64,000 nt of DNA from Gemmatimonadota bacterium (GTDB lineage: Bacteria; Gemmatimonadota; Gemmatimonadetes; Palauibacterales; Palauibacteraceae): contig OY762926.1 in assembly GCA_963666735.1 (NCBI GenBank), forward strand, positions 1,568,001-1,632,000, read 5' to 3'. Positions 21,150 to 30,881 of the stretch are shown here, piece after piece. The position numbers were made by a program, and so were the translations under genes. Below the pieces are notes generated by a model that made no database searches, was not told the origin of the DNA, and saw only the letters and a list, made by a program, of their open reading frames with translations. The stretch's first letter is position 1. The number at the start of each line of letters is the position of its first letter.

Positions 21150-22570
21150 AGCTTAGCGTGCTACCGGAGCCCAGTCTCGAGTTCGGGCGCGGGCAGCACG
21201 TCTGCCCTCGTGCCGGGATCTACGAACATGACGTGTACGATTCCGTTTTGGCGGTGCGTCGAGAACACTTGTGGGTCGGAGCAGTCGGAGTCAGCGACGA
21301 CCTCGAGACTCTTGCCACATGGATACAACGGTGCCAAGGCCCCATTCCGGCCAAACTCAATGCCCGGCAACCAACACTATTTCCTGCATTTTGCGGCTTC
21401 AATCGGGATGTCGGCTTCCGCGCAAACATGTCGTTGCAGGATGAGATCACACGCACGTTACCGAAAGCAGCTGTCCGGAACATCGTCCGGATCAAGCAGT
21501 TCAATCGGCGCGTGGAGGCTGCCGTTCAACTCTTCTTTCCTCACGTCAAGTTTCTTTGTCAGAATCGAACGGTCGATGTGGTCGTTTGCGTCATCCCAGA
21601 TGACCTCTACGACGTCATCTCCAAGAGGAGTACCGCCTCGGCGGACGATCACATAAAGGATTCGGATACCGATGACCTCGTCGAGGCGAATTTTCGTAGG
21701 GCTCTAAAGGCAGCTTGTCTGCATTTGGGTGTACCCTTGCAACTTGTCCGCGCGAAATCTCTCAAGCCCAATCCACCGGGCATGCAGGACGACGCGACCA
21801 AAGCTTGGAATTTCTGCACCGCGCTCTATTACAAGGCGAATCAGACGGTACCCTGGCGACTCCCCCTCGATGCGAATGCGCCGAGCACATGCTACGCCGG
21901 GATAGGCTTCTTCAGGAGCCGGGACAGGAGCGTGCTGCACACGAGCCTGGCTCAGATCTTTGACGAGCTCGGAAACAGTGTCATCCTTCGAGGTACGCCA
22001 GTTGGCGTTGACAAGAACGACAGGCGACCGTTCCTGCGGGCGGATCAAGCGGAGGAATTGCTGGCAAGAGCTCTGGGGGAATACCGGGATGCGCTGGGCC
22101 ACGCTCCGGCTCGTATGGTTCTACATCGGACGTCACGCATTCGACCGGATGAACTTGAAGGTTTTGAGTCTGCCACGTCGACGGCGGGGGTGTCCACGCT
22201 GGATTGTGTGATTGTGCGCGACACGGACGTACGATTGTTTCGTCAAGGACTCTATCCTCCGCCACGAGGGACGATGATGTCATTGTCGAAGGCGGAGCAC
22301 GTTCTATACACGCGCGGATCGGTCCAGTACTACCACACCTATCCGGGTCTATATGTGCCTCAGCCGCTACGGATTACCACGGAGCACACAGAGGGATCCC
22401 CCAGCATGATAGCTAAGGAAATCATAGCGCTCACCAAGATGAACTGGAACAACACGCAGTTCGACGGCAAGTACCCCATCACGCTCCACTGCGCCCGACA
22501 AGTTGGCAGCATCCTCAAATATCTGGACGAGGGCGAAAGACCACCGATCAGCTACAGCTACTACATGTAA
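21146..22570 (+). CDS. ago: Short prokaryotic Argonaute (MID-PIWI), catalytically inactive
   Basis: GTG start overlaps upstream TGA (GTGA); LPEPSLEFG, NFRRALKA....GVPLQLV, QDDATKAWNFCTALYYKA...PWRL, CYAGIGFFR, YPPPRGT, LYTRGSV, EIIALTKMNWNNTQFDGKYPITL; 474 aa with no N/PAZ region. Confidence 0.93.
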   Translation: MKLSVLPEPSLEFGRGQHVCPRAGIYEHDVYDSVLAVRREHLWVGAVGVSDDLETLATWIQRCQGPIPAKLNARQPTLFPAFCGFNRDVGFRANMSLQDEITRTLPKAAVRNIVRIKQFNRRVEAAVQLFFPHVKFLCQNRTVDVVVCVIPDDLYDVISKRSTASADDHIKDSDTDDLVEANFRRALKAACLHLGVPLQLVRAKSLKPNPPGMQDDATKAWNFCTALYYKANQTVPWRLPLDANAPSTCYAGIGFFRSRDRSVLHTSLAQIFDELGNSVILRGTPVGVDKNDRRPFLRADQAEELLARALGEYRDALGHAPARMVLHRTSRIRPDELEGFESATSTAGVSTLDCVIVRDTDVRLFRQGLYPPPRGTMMSLSKAEHVLYTRGSVQYYHTYPGLYVPQPLRITTEHTEGSPSMIAKEIIALTKMNWNNTQFDGKYPITLHCARQVGSILKYLDEGERPPISYSYYM

Positions 22571-22624
22571 GTGTGACGCTCCGCGGTGTCGGATGCTTCC
22601 CGCCGCAGCTCGACGCCGGTCGAT

Positions 22625-23605
22625 TCAAGTCGGCAGGATACAGTGGTCCTTGAACAGACCCACGACGATACGGCCTTCGCGAAGCCCGGACGAACTCTCC
22701 GACGGCGGCTCGTAGAGAAAGTGAATCCGGTCAATGTTCGGTCGCAGTTTGACGTGCCACCAGAACACCTTCTCACGGCCTCGATGCCAACGAGTGCGGT
22801 CGCGCTGCGACGGAGAGTGTCGCTTGGTACGGCCATTCTCATCCGAGATTGGCGCACCAACGTTCGCAGACAAGACGTCTCCCAATTCGCCTGGGGCAGC
22901 CCGAAGCTCGCAAAAGCACGAGGCACCGTGATCGCTGAGGCCGCCTAAACAGTGAACGAGCTCATCTCGAACAGCAATATATGGACGGCTGAAGTCCCGG
23001 AGACCTCGCCAGATGTCGTCGGCCCAGCCGAGTGCCGGAAAAGCCGACCGCGCCAAGCTTGCGAACTTCGCCTCATCGGCGTTCTCCAGTCTGACGATTG
23101 ATCGAAAGAAGGCGACGTGGTGGGACTCGCGGGTGACAAAAAAGATTCCTAGCTTGGTGTCGGTTATGGTCACCGACACCCTCCCAACTGGCATTTCGCC
23201 GAGGGGAAGCGGAAGAACCGCTACCTGATGCCCCTCCCGGCACGAAGCGTGCGCCCATGCCGCTCCGGGAGCGCGACGCACATCCCCGTCGAATACCGCA
23301 TCGTATTCGGCTAACGTAGAGTCATCGAAGTCGTTGGCCCGGTCGAGGGCCAAGTATAGTTGGGAGGCGAGGTCGCGGTCGAGGCGTACAGGACAGCTTG
23401 AATCGAACAGCAGCGAGAAAAGCTGAAGGCCGCCACCAAGATCGGCCTCATAGTATTCCTTGTACTTCGCGACGCGTTCGCCTCGGCGTCGGGCCACTTC
23501 GAGTCGATCAAGCAGCCGCTCGATGGCATCGGTCAACACCCCGACAGGATTGGCTTTGCTCGCCCCGGCCCATGAGGACTCGTCTAGTACGAAGCGGATG
23601 CTCAT
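22625..23605 (-). CDS. Putative toxin/nuclease effector, Menshen NsnC-like (RelE-like C-terminus)
   Basis: C-terminal FWWHVKL....DRIHF...IVVGLFKDH; ATGA overlap with the upstream ATPase. Confidence 0.6.
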   Translation of the reverse strand: MSIRFVLDESSWAGASKANPVGVLTDAIERLLDRLEVARRRGERVAKYKEYYEADLGGGLQLFSLLFDSSCPVRLDRDLASQLYLALDRANDFDDSTLAEYDAVFDGDVRRAPGAAWAHASCREGHQVAVLPLPLGEMPVGRVSVTITDTKLGIFFVTRESHHVAFFRSIVRLENADEAKFASLARSAFPALGWADDIWRGLRDFSRPYIAVRDELVHCLGGLSDHGASCFCELRAAPGELGDVLSANVGAPISDENGRTKRHSPSQRDRTRWHRGREKVFWWHVKLRPNIDRIHFLYEPPSESSSGLREGRIVVGLFKDHCILPT

Positions 23606-24723
23606 GAGTCACGTCGCCGCCGGGCGGCCAAGGCCGAGAGGTCGACCTGAGTTTGGTCAAAAAACCCGGCTGGCCAGTCGGTGAGCTGGCCGGTTCGCCG
23701 CAGCCCCAGCGACTCAACAGCCGAGCCCTGTTGATCCTCGGCTCTGAAGAAGTGGATCGCGGCCTGCCTCTCGCGAAGGACTGCGCTGCCTTGGGCGACC
23801 GCTACGCGGATGCCGTTGAGCACGTGATCGCTGTGGGTTTCGATGAAGACTTGCACGCCGTCGGCTGCGACTTGGGCCAGAAAGGCGCCGATAGCGGATT
23901 GGCCAGCCGGGTGTAAGTGGGCCTCGGGGTTCTCTACGAGGAGCAGCCCGCCGACTGGTGCGCGAAGAGCTGCGACGATGACCGGCAACGCATAGGAGAT
24001 ACCGAATCCGGCGTTAGGCGCGCGCATCCACTCGGTCCGAAGGCCCGGGGTCTTGAAACGCAGAAAGGTGACCGAAGTGTTGGGAAACCATCCCGCATCA
24101 ATCTGTGTCGGGCGAACGATCCTGCCGATCCAGCTCTCCGTCTGGTATAGGAGACCGGTAAGCGTCGTCTCCGCCGTGTCGATGGCCAGTCGGCCATCTC
24201 TCACGCGCGACCGACCGAAGGAGGCTAGAACCTGAGCTACGAACTCCCCGCGCACACCGACTCCGAGTTCTTCTATGTTGGCAGCACTCGCGCCGAGCAC
24301 GTCCCGCGGCCCCAGCCGCTCCGCGCACAAGTAGGCAAATTGCGGTGGCGGTTCAGCGATTGCTCCCTCGTAGTCGGGAGATCTGTCTACAACAGCTGCG
24401 TTCAAGGTCCGTTCGTTCTCAGGGGCACGAAACGACCAGCGCCAATGTTTGCCCTCGGCCTCAAGGACTTCGATGGCCGCAGGCTCGTCGCCGGCTTCGC
24501 GATGGATGACGTCTTCGGCACTACCCAGCTCCAAGCTATCGACGCCGTTCAACTCGACATGGCTCTGCCCGGATTGCCGCGTCATCTGTCGTGCTAGGAG
24601 CAGAGAATGCAGGACGGAGGTCTTTCCGGCGCCATTGGCACCTGTCAAGACGGTGAGTTCGGCGGTCCTCAGTTTCAACTCGTGAAACCGCTTGAAGTTC
24701 TCAAGCCGGATCTCAGCGATCAC
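23602..24723 (-). CDS. ABC-type ATPase with DUF3696, Menshen NsnB-like
   Basis: LENFKRF, GANGAGKT, GFGISYALPVIVA, LLVENPEAHLHPAGQS, ETHSDHVLNGIR, C-terminal WPAGFFDQ. Confidence 0.88.
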   Translation of the reverse strand: MIAEIRLENFKRFHELKLRTAELTVLTGANGAGKTSVLHSLLLARQMTRQSGQSHVELNGVDSLELGSAEDVIHREAGDEPAAIEVLEAEGKHWRWSFRAPENERTLNAAVVDRSPDYEGAIAEPPPQFAYLCAERLGPRDVLGASAANIEELGVGVRGEFVAQVLASFGRSRVRDGRLAIDTAETTLTGLLYQTESWIGRIVRPTQIDAGWFPNTSVTFLRFKTPGLRTEWMRAPNAGFGISYALPVIVAALRAPVGGLLLVENPEAHLHPAGQSAIGAFLAQVAADGVQVFIETHSDHVLNGIRVAVAQGSAVLRERQAAIHFFRAEDQQGSAVESLGLRRTGQLTDWPAGFFDQTQVDLSALAARRRRDS

Positions 24724-25876
24724 CGGAGCACCTCGCGCGCCACTTCGCGTACACTGCCGAGCCGCGTCTTTACGTTGCGGACATCACCCGTACTGCCGCT
24801 GATGGATCCGACAAAATCGGAGTCGTGGGTCATCATCTCGCGTGCCCGGCGGACCAACTCCGCAGTTTCCGCCCGGACTGTGGTTTCACCATAGTCCGCC
24901 AGCACGGTCCCCCAGCTCTCGAACAAGGCCCGGTTGATTGGGTTGCGCCGTTGGGCGTCCCATGGCCATTTGCGGAAAGCATGGTCTTCGAACACGGCGT
25001 AGCAGTTGGTCATACCGCGGACGAAGTCGGCACGAAGCCGGTCAAGATTCTGGCAGGCCGGTCGTCGAGTTCCTGGGTCGCTGCTCCGAGGAAGTCGTCG
25101 AAGTTGCCATACTGACCGTACTCACTAGGTGTAAACAGGCGGAAGGCGACGAACCGTAACGTGACCTCTCGGTCCGCCATCCGCGGATGGCCACTAAGCG
25201 CACCTCCCGTGGCAAGCGAGAAGCTCTCATCGGTGGCCAACTCCTTCAAGAACCGGCGGGACCTAGCACCGCTCATGCAGTGGCGGATCTCCTGGGGACT
25301 CAGCGGACTTCCGCCTGTATTGATGCGTCGAAAAATGTCGAACTTCACCCGGTAAGGCGTCTGCGGGTCAATCACATGGGCCACGAACTGCGCACCGTTA
25401 AGCCTTCGACGAAATAGCGCAGCCAGATCGTCGAATCCTTGGCCCTCCAGATCATGCAGGTAGGCCACAGCGCCGAGCTTGAAGGCCTTCTGGTGTACGT
25501 ATCGGAAGATCGTTGTGAGGCGCTGGACCCCGTCGACCACCTGGAGCTGACCTGAGGCATTCTCGTTGAAGTAGAAGGAAGGCAGCGGGATGCCCAGCAG
25601 GAGCGACTCGATGAGGCCCCAACGCTGCCGAGGCTTCCAGACGTAGTGCCGTTGAAAATCCGGAGCTAGATCGATGTCACCGTCAGCGATCATGTCGACT
25701 ACTTGGCGCAGCGAGTAATGCTTCGTGTGAATCCGAATCTTCTCCGGATCCCAAGGCTCCGGATCGTCGGACGATGGTGGGGCTTGGGATTCGATCTCGA
25801 CGCCCGTTGCCTCGCTCTCGAAGTACTCCTCGCGTACCTCGTCTTCCGTCCCCAGGGACTTGTCACGGGTTGTCAT
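24720..25876 (-). pseudogene. DUF262 (ParB/GmrS-like) protein, Menshen NsnA-like, frameshifted near 25060
   Basis: LAPDFQRHYVW, LIESLLLGIPLPSFYF, VVDGVQRLTT, FRRINTGG; the alternative frame reads QNLDRLRADFVRGMTNCYAVFEDHAFRK, continuous with ORF 24720-25013. Confidence 0.82.
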
Positions 25877-26118
25877 GTATTCGGCTCCGTCCAAGTTTTT
25901 TCACTCGATCCCGGGTGGCACCGTGATCGGGCGGGCGTCTCGCTCTGGGGTCACACACCGGCGGCTTCTCCAACGACCTGCGACATCGACTGACGCTGCT
26001 TGAACCACGATAGCGATTCGCAGGCGCGTCTGCGACGGAATCTAACTCGATTCAACTCGTGCCTCCGTCTCTACGCCCACTTACAACGCCGCAGCCCACG
26101 AGGCCCGACGCTGCAGAG

Positions 26119-27987
26119 TTACCCAGCGCATCGTCGGTTGCCGCCGCGACGAGCGTGGAGGGCCAGTACCACTCCCCCCAACAGCACCCCGGCGACCCGC
26201 ACCGCGTCGTTCGGGATCAGGATGAGGGCCCCAGCCACCGCGAACAGGGCGCGCTCGGCGGCGCTGCACGCGGCCACCGCGAAGCCTTCGATCGCGTACG
26301 CGACGACCGAGATGAGCGCTACGGTGCAGACGATGGCGAAGACGAACGCCGTCACCGAGGTCCCGTCGACCAGGATGAGCGCCGAATAGGCCATCATCGC
26401 CGGCACGATGAAGAAGCCGAGGGAGAGCTTCACGGCCTGCGTCGCCGTCCGCATGGGCGCCGAACCCGCCACTCCCGCCCCCGCGAAGGCGGCGAGCGCG
26501 ATGGGCGGCGTCACGTTCGACGTCTGCGAGAGCCAGAAGATGATCATGTGCGCGACGAGAAGGGAGAGCCCCAGGCCCTCCAGCGCCGGCGCCGCCATGA
26601 CCGAGATCACGATGTAGGCCGCCGTCACGGGCAGTCCCATTCCGAGGACGAGCGCCGCGACGGCGATGAAGATGAGCGCAAGCCAGAGCAGCCCGCCCGC
26701 CGCCTGCACGACGGACTCCGTGAACTGGAGGCCGATCCCGGTCTGTCCGATCACGCCCACGACGATCCCGGCCGTCGCGCACGCGAGCGAGATCGGCAGC
26801 GCGAGCACCGCTCCCGCCCGCAGCCCCTCCAGGATCGTGCGCCATCCGACCCGCGTCCCCTTCCTCGCCATCCCCGTGACGACGACCGCGAGGCAGCCCA
26901 CCGCGCCGACCAGCGGGGGCGAGTAGTTGAGGAGGAGGAGCGCGACCACGAGCCCGAGCGGAAGGAGGAAGTGGACGCCCTCGCTCAGCGTGCGCCGCAC
27001 CGGCGGCGGGTTCTTCATCCCCCGCAGCCCCAGTTTCAGGGCCATGAGGTGGACGAAGAGGAGCGTGCACCCGAAGTAGAGGATCGCGGGGGCGATGGAG
27101 AGCGCCACGATCTCCCGGTACGGCGTGTTCGTGAAGTCCGCCATGATGAACGCGCCGGCGCCCATGATCGGCGGCATGATCTGGCCGCCGGTGGACGCGG
27201 CGGCCTCGATCCCGCCCGCCTGCTCGGGACGATAGCCGAGCTTCTTCATCATCGGGATCGTGAGCGCGCCCGTCGTCACGGTGTTCGCGATCGCCGAGCC
27301 GGAGATCGAACCCATGGCCGCGGAGGCGATGACGCTCGCCTTGGCCGGCCCGCCCCGGAAGCGGCCCGCGGCGGCGAAGGCGAGGTCGATGAAGAAGCGC
27401 CCCGCCCCCGTCACCTCGAGAAACGCGCCGAAGAGGACGAAGATGAACACGGTCCCGGCCGCGATCCCCAGCGGCGTGCCGAACAGCCCCGCCCCCGTGA
27501 AGATCTGGAAGCGCAGGATGCGCTCGAGGGTGAAGCCGCGATTCGCGATCACGTCGGGCAGCAGGTCCCCGAGCCCGGCGTAGAGGAGGAAGACGAGGCC
27601 CACGGCGACCATCACCCAGCCCACGGCGCGGCGCGTCGCCTCGAAGAGAAGGATCACGAACACGAAACCCGCGATCAGGTCGTGCGTCGTGAGCCCGTAA
27701 AGGATGTGGTCGACCCCGCGGTAGTCGAAGCCCACGATGACCCACCCGCAGTAGAGGGCGGCCAGCGCGAGGGCGGCGTCGAGCCACGGGCTCCAGCGGG
27801 GCGCGGGCCCTTCCCCCGTCCACGATGGCTTGGCGAGGAAGGTGAGGACGACGACCCAGGCGAGGTGGATGGGCCGGCCGAGCGTGGCCGAGAGCGTGCC
27901 GGTCGTGCTCTGCCAGAGCTGGAAGAGGGACAGTCCGACCGCAAGGCCGAAGATGATGCGCCGCCACGGCGGCCGCCGGATCGTCAA
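26119..27987 (-). CDS. TRAP transporter fused permease (4TM/12TM DctQM)
   Basis: GRFRGGPAKASV, SGSAIANTVTTG, EAAASTGGQIMPPIMGAGAF, LGMGLP, VTPPIALAAF; start uncertain (TTG 27987 chosen). Confidence 0.92.
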   Translation of the reverse strand: MTIRRPPWRRIIFGLAVGLSLFQLWQSTTGTLSATLGRPIHLAWVVVLTFLAKPSWTGEGPAPRWSPWLDAALALAALYCGWVIVGFDYRGVDHILYGLTTHDLIAGFVFVILLFEATRRAVGWVMVAVGLVFLLYAGLGDLLPDVIANRGFTLERILRFQIFTGAGLFGTPLGIAAGTVFIFVLFGAFLEVTGAGRFFIDLAFAAAGRFRGGPAKASVIASAAMGSISGSAIANTVTTGALTIPMMKKLGYRPEQAGGIEAAASTGGQIMPPIMGAGAFIMADFTNTPYREIVALSIAPAILYFGCTLLFVHLMALKLGLRGMKNPPPVRRTLSEGVHFLLPLGLVVALLLLNYSPPLVGAVGCLAVVVTGMARKGTRVGWRTILEGLRAGAVLALPISLACATAGIVVGVIGQTGIGLQFTESVVQAAGGLLWLALIFIAVAALVLGMGLPVTAAYIVISVMAAPALEGLGLSLLVAHMIIFWLSQTSNVTPPIALAAFAGAGVAGSAPMRTATQAVKLSLGFFIVPAMMAYSALILVDGTSVTAFVFAIVCTVALISVVAYAIEGFAVAACSAAERALFAVAGALILIPNDAVRVAGVLLGGVVLALHARRGGNRRCAG

Positions 27988-28047
27988 CGCCCTGCGGGCT
28001 GTTGCAGCCCGTGGCAAGAACCCCGCTGCGTTCGAGCGACGCTGCAT

Positions 28048-28131
28048 CTCGCCTGAAACGCTGCGCTCTGCGTCGCTCCTCGGTCAAATAGCGCTGCTAT
28101 TCTCCCTCGTCGCTCCTTGTCAGGCGAGCGC
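28048..28131. repeat. Structured intergenic REP/MITE-like element, copy 1
   Basis: CTCGCCTGA (28048-56) and TCAGGCGAG (28120-28) inverted repeat enclosing AATAGC-gct-GCTATT; 28091-28131 similar to 29232-29272. Confidence 0.6.
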
Positions 28132-28132
28132 T

Positions 28133-29140
28133 TCACCGCTCTCGGCGCTGACGCGGGGTTTCGCCACGGACTGCAAGCACTTCGTCGAAGTAGCGCAGGG
28201 CGCCGGGGTGGAGCGGGAAGTCGCCCACGTCGCGCGCCGAGGGCGGCGTGATGAAGCTCGCCACGCCGGAGATGTTCTCGAGGTCTTCGCGGCGTTCGAG
28301 CATCGTGCGCGTGAGATCGTAGGCGAGGCCCTCGTCCATCGTGCGGGAGACGACGAGGAGGTTCCAGAGCGTCGGCGTGAGCACCGGCTCATCGACGCCG
28401 CGGTAGACGCCCGGCGGCACGCGGAAGCCGCTGTACGCGGGCTCCGATCCGACGATCGTCGCGATCTCGTCCTCCGAGAAGGGGACGAGAACCATGTACC
28501 GGGAGACGCCGATCTCGACCACGGCGGGCATGCCCACGCCGCCCGCGATGAATCCGGCGTCGAGCGTCCCGTCCTTGAGCCCGTTCGACATCTGCGCGTA
28601 GTTGAGCTGCCGGACGGTGAAGTCGGACTCCTCGATCCCCATCGCCTCGAGCACGTTCCAGGCGGTGACCGCGTTCCCCGACCCCGGCGGGCCGACGGAC
28701 ACGCGGCGCCCGCGGAGATCCTGCACGGATTCGATCCCCGTGCTCCGGGTCGTCACGAGGTGCACGACGTTGGGATAGAGCTTGCCGAGGGAGGCGAGCG
28801 GCATGGGCTCCGGGAAGCGGCCGCGGCCGGCGAGGGCGGCCGCGAGGGCGTCCGCCTGCGTGAACCCGACCTCGCTCTCCCCCTTGGCGACCTGGATGAG
28901 GTTCGTCACGGAGCCGGCCGTCGTCTCGGCCTTCATGTTCACGCCGTCCACGTGGCGGGACCAGATGGACGCGAGGCCCCCGCCGAGCGGGTAGTAGAGG
29001 CCGTTCGTGTTACCCGTGGCGATCGAGAGCGTCCTCTGCCCCCCACCGCCGCAGCCGGCAGCGACGAAGACCGCTGCGCCGCCGATGCTTCCTGCGACCA
29101 CTGTCACGAGACGACGCAGGACGATCCCGCGCCGCGTCAT
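28133..29140 (-). CDS. TAXI-family TRAP solute-binding lipoprotein
   Basis: Lipobox AAGC; SIATGNTNGLYYPLGG, GSVTNL, DLRGRRVSVGPPGSG, PLHPGALRYF. Confidence 0.93.
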   Translation of the reverse strand: MTRRGIVLRRLVTVVAGSIGGAAVFVAAGCGGGGQRTLSIATGNTNGLYYPLGGGLASIWSRHVDGVNMKAETTAGSVTNLIQVAKGESEVGFTQADALAAALAGRGRFPEPMPLASLGKLYPNVVHLVTTRSTGIESVQDLRGRRVSVGPPGSGNAVTAWNVLEAMGIEESDFTVRQLNYAQMSNGLKDGTLDAGFIAGGVGMPAVVEIGVSRYMVLVPFSEDEIATIVGSEPAYSGFRVPPGVYRGVDEPVLTPTLWNLLVVSRTMDEGLAYDLTRTMLERREDLENISGVASFITPPSARDVGDFPLHPGALRYFDEVLAVRGETPRQRRER

Positions 29141-29177
29141 CTCGCTCTCCCAGTCACTGGCACCCGCATCAGCCGCT

Positions 29178-29272
29178 CCCCTCTGCGCTGCCCCTCTGCG
29201 TTGCCCCTCTGCGCTGCGCCTCCGTCGCACGGCGCTGCTATGCTCCCTCGTCACACCGTGTCAGGCAAGCGC
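29178..29272. repeat. 3 x 13-bp tandem repeat followed by degenerate copy 2 of the intergenic element
   Basis: CCCCTCTGCG(C/T)TG three times at 29178-29216; GCGCTGCTATGCTCCCTCGTC...TGTCAGGCAAGCGC at 29232-29272. Confidence 0.65.
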
Positions 29273-29400
29273 CCACCCGCCCGGACGCCCGGCACTCCGC
29301 CTCCGGCTCGTCACCTCGGGCCCCCGTTTCCTCGGTGGCCGTTGCTTCACACTCCCTCAGTAACCTTGTAAATCCGGCACGGCATACCTAAAATGCAACC

Positions 29401-30615
29401 ATGAACAGTATGATGATCCCCCGATTGCTGCGGCCGCAGGTTGAGGAGCACCTCTCGCTCTTCCCCGCGGTCGGACTCCTCGGTCCGCGTCAGGCCGGGA
29501 AGACGACGCTGGCGAGGATGATCGCCGACGCCCGGGCCGAAACCCACCTCGGGGAGCCTGGCCGGTCGCCGGGCGGCCTGTACCTGGATCTGGAGAATCC
29601 CGCGGACCTCGCGCGGCTGGCCGAGGGATCGGGGTATCTTGAGGGAGTGGCGGACCGACTCGTCGTGCTCGACGAAATCCAGCGGGCGCCGGAGCTGTTC
29701 CGTGAGCTGCGGGGGATCATCGACCGGAGGATCCGGCGCGGCGAGCGGGCTGGACAGTTCCTCATCCTCGGATCCGCCTCGCTCGACCTGCTGCGCCAGT
29801 CCGGAGAGAGCCTCGCGGGCCGTATCGGCTATCTGGAACTCGGCCCCCTGGATGCGCGCGAAATCGAGGAGAGCCAACTCCTGCGCCTGTGGAGCCGCGG
29901 AGGTTTCCCGCCGAGCTTTCTCGCCCCGTCGGACGAGGCGAGCGCGCTATGGCGGGAGAACTTCATCCGGACCTATCTCGAGCGCGACATCCCTCAGCTG
30001 GGACCGCGTATCCCCGCCGAGACGCTGCGTCGCCTCTGGACGATGCTCGCGCACTCGCAAGGCGGGCTGTGGAACGCCTCGACCTTCGCGCGGAGTCTGG
30101 GCGTGGACGGAAAAACCGTCGCCCGGTACGCGGATCTGCTCGTCGATCTCCTCCTCGTGCGCCGGCTGCAGCCGATCCACGTGAACGTCCGCAAGCGGCT
30201 CGCGAAATCACCGCGCCTCTACCTCCGCGACAGCGGAGTCCTGCACGCGCTGCTCCGCATCCCGGACGTCGACTATCTGCTCGGCCACCCCATCGCAGGC
30301 GCCAGCTGGGAGGGCTTCGCGATCGAAACCCTGATCCGGGCGGCGCCGGACCGGCTCTCACGGCCGGGCTTCTACCGGACGGCGACCGGGGTGGAGATCG
30401 ACCTGATCCTGGAAGTGCCGGGACCCCGAAGGTGGGCCATCGAGATCAAGCGCGGGCTCGCGCCGCGGATCGGAAAGGGGTTCCGCATCGCGCTCGAGGA
30501 CGTGAAGCCCGACAGGGCCTTCGTCGTATACGGCGGTGACGACCGCTATCCGGCCGGAGGCGGAGTCGAGGTCATCGGCCTGCGGGAACTGGCGACCGAG
30601 CTGGCCGGTCTTTGA
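29401..30615 (+). CDS. AAA_14 ATPase with DUF4143 and C-terminal PD-(D/E)xK-like motif
   Basis: GPRQAGKTTLA, LDEIQR, ILGSAS, ESLAGR, KSPRLYLRDSG, EIDLIL...AIEIK. Confidence 0.9.
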   Translation: MNSMMIPRLLRPQVEEHLSLFPAVGLLGPRQAGKTTLARMIADARAETHLGEPGRSPGGLYLDLENPADLARLAEGSGYLEGVADRLVVLDEIQRAPELFRELRGIIDRRIRRGERAGQFLILGSASLDLLRQSGESLAGRIGYLELGPLDAREIEESQLLRLWSRGGFPPSFLAPSDEASALWRENFIRTYLERDIPQLGPRIPAETLRRLWTMLAHSQGGLWNASTFARSLGVDGKTVARYADLLVDLLLVRRLQPIHVNVRKRLAKSPRLYLRDSGVLHALLRIPDVDYLLGHPIAGASWEGFAIETLIRAAPDRLSRPGFYRTATGVEIDLILEVPGPRRWAIEIKRGLAPRIGKGFRIALEDVKPDRAFVVYGGDDRYPAGGGVEVIGLRELATELAGL

Positions 30616-30881
30616 TCGCGACCACCCCGGGTGTACGTGGCGTCCAGTGATTCCCCAAGTAATGAGCCTTGGGCGACACCGGGCTCACCACCGGAACGAC
30701 CTAGTGCGCCGCCACCGCAGCCGCCCAAAGGATTCCGCCACCGGGCGACGCCCGGGCGCTGCGTGGCGGCCCGCCATCTGAAGGGTGCCCGGCCAAGACG
30801 CCGTCTGTCCCTACCTCCGGCTTCTCGTGCGGCTCCGGCCGATCCGCGTTGTGTCGAGCGCCCCGCTCGTTACGCCGCTAG

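Noticed and set aside
29178..29216. Possible CRISPR array
   Set aside because: Three abutting 13-bp units without spacers and no cas genes; a simple tandem repeat.
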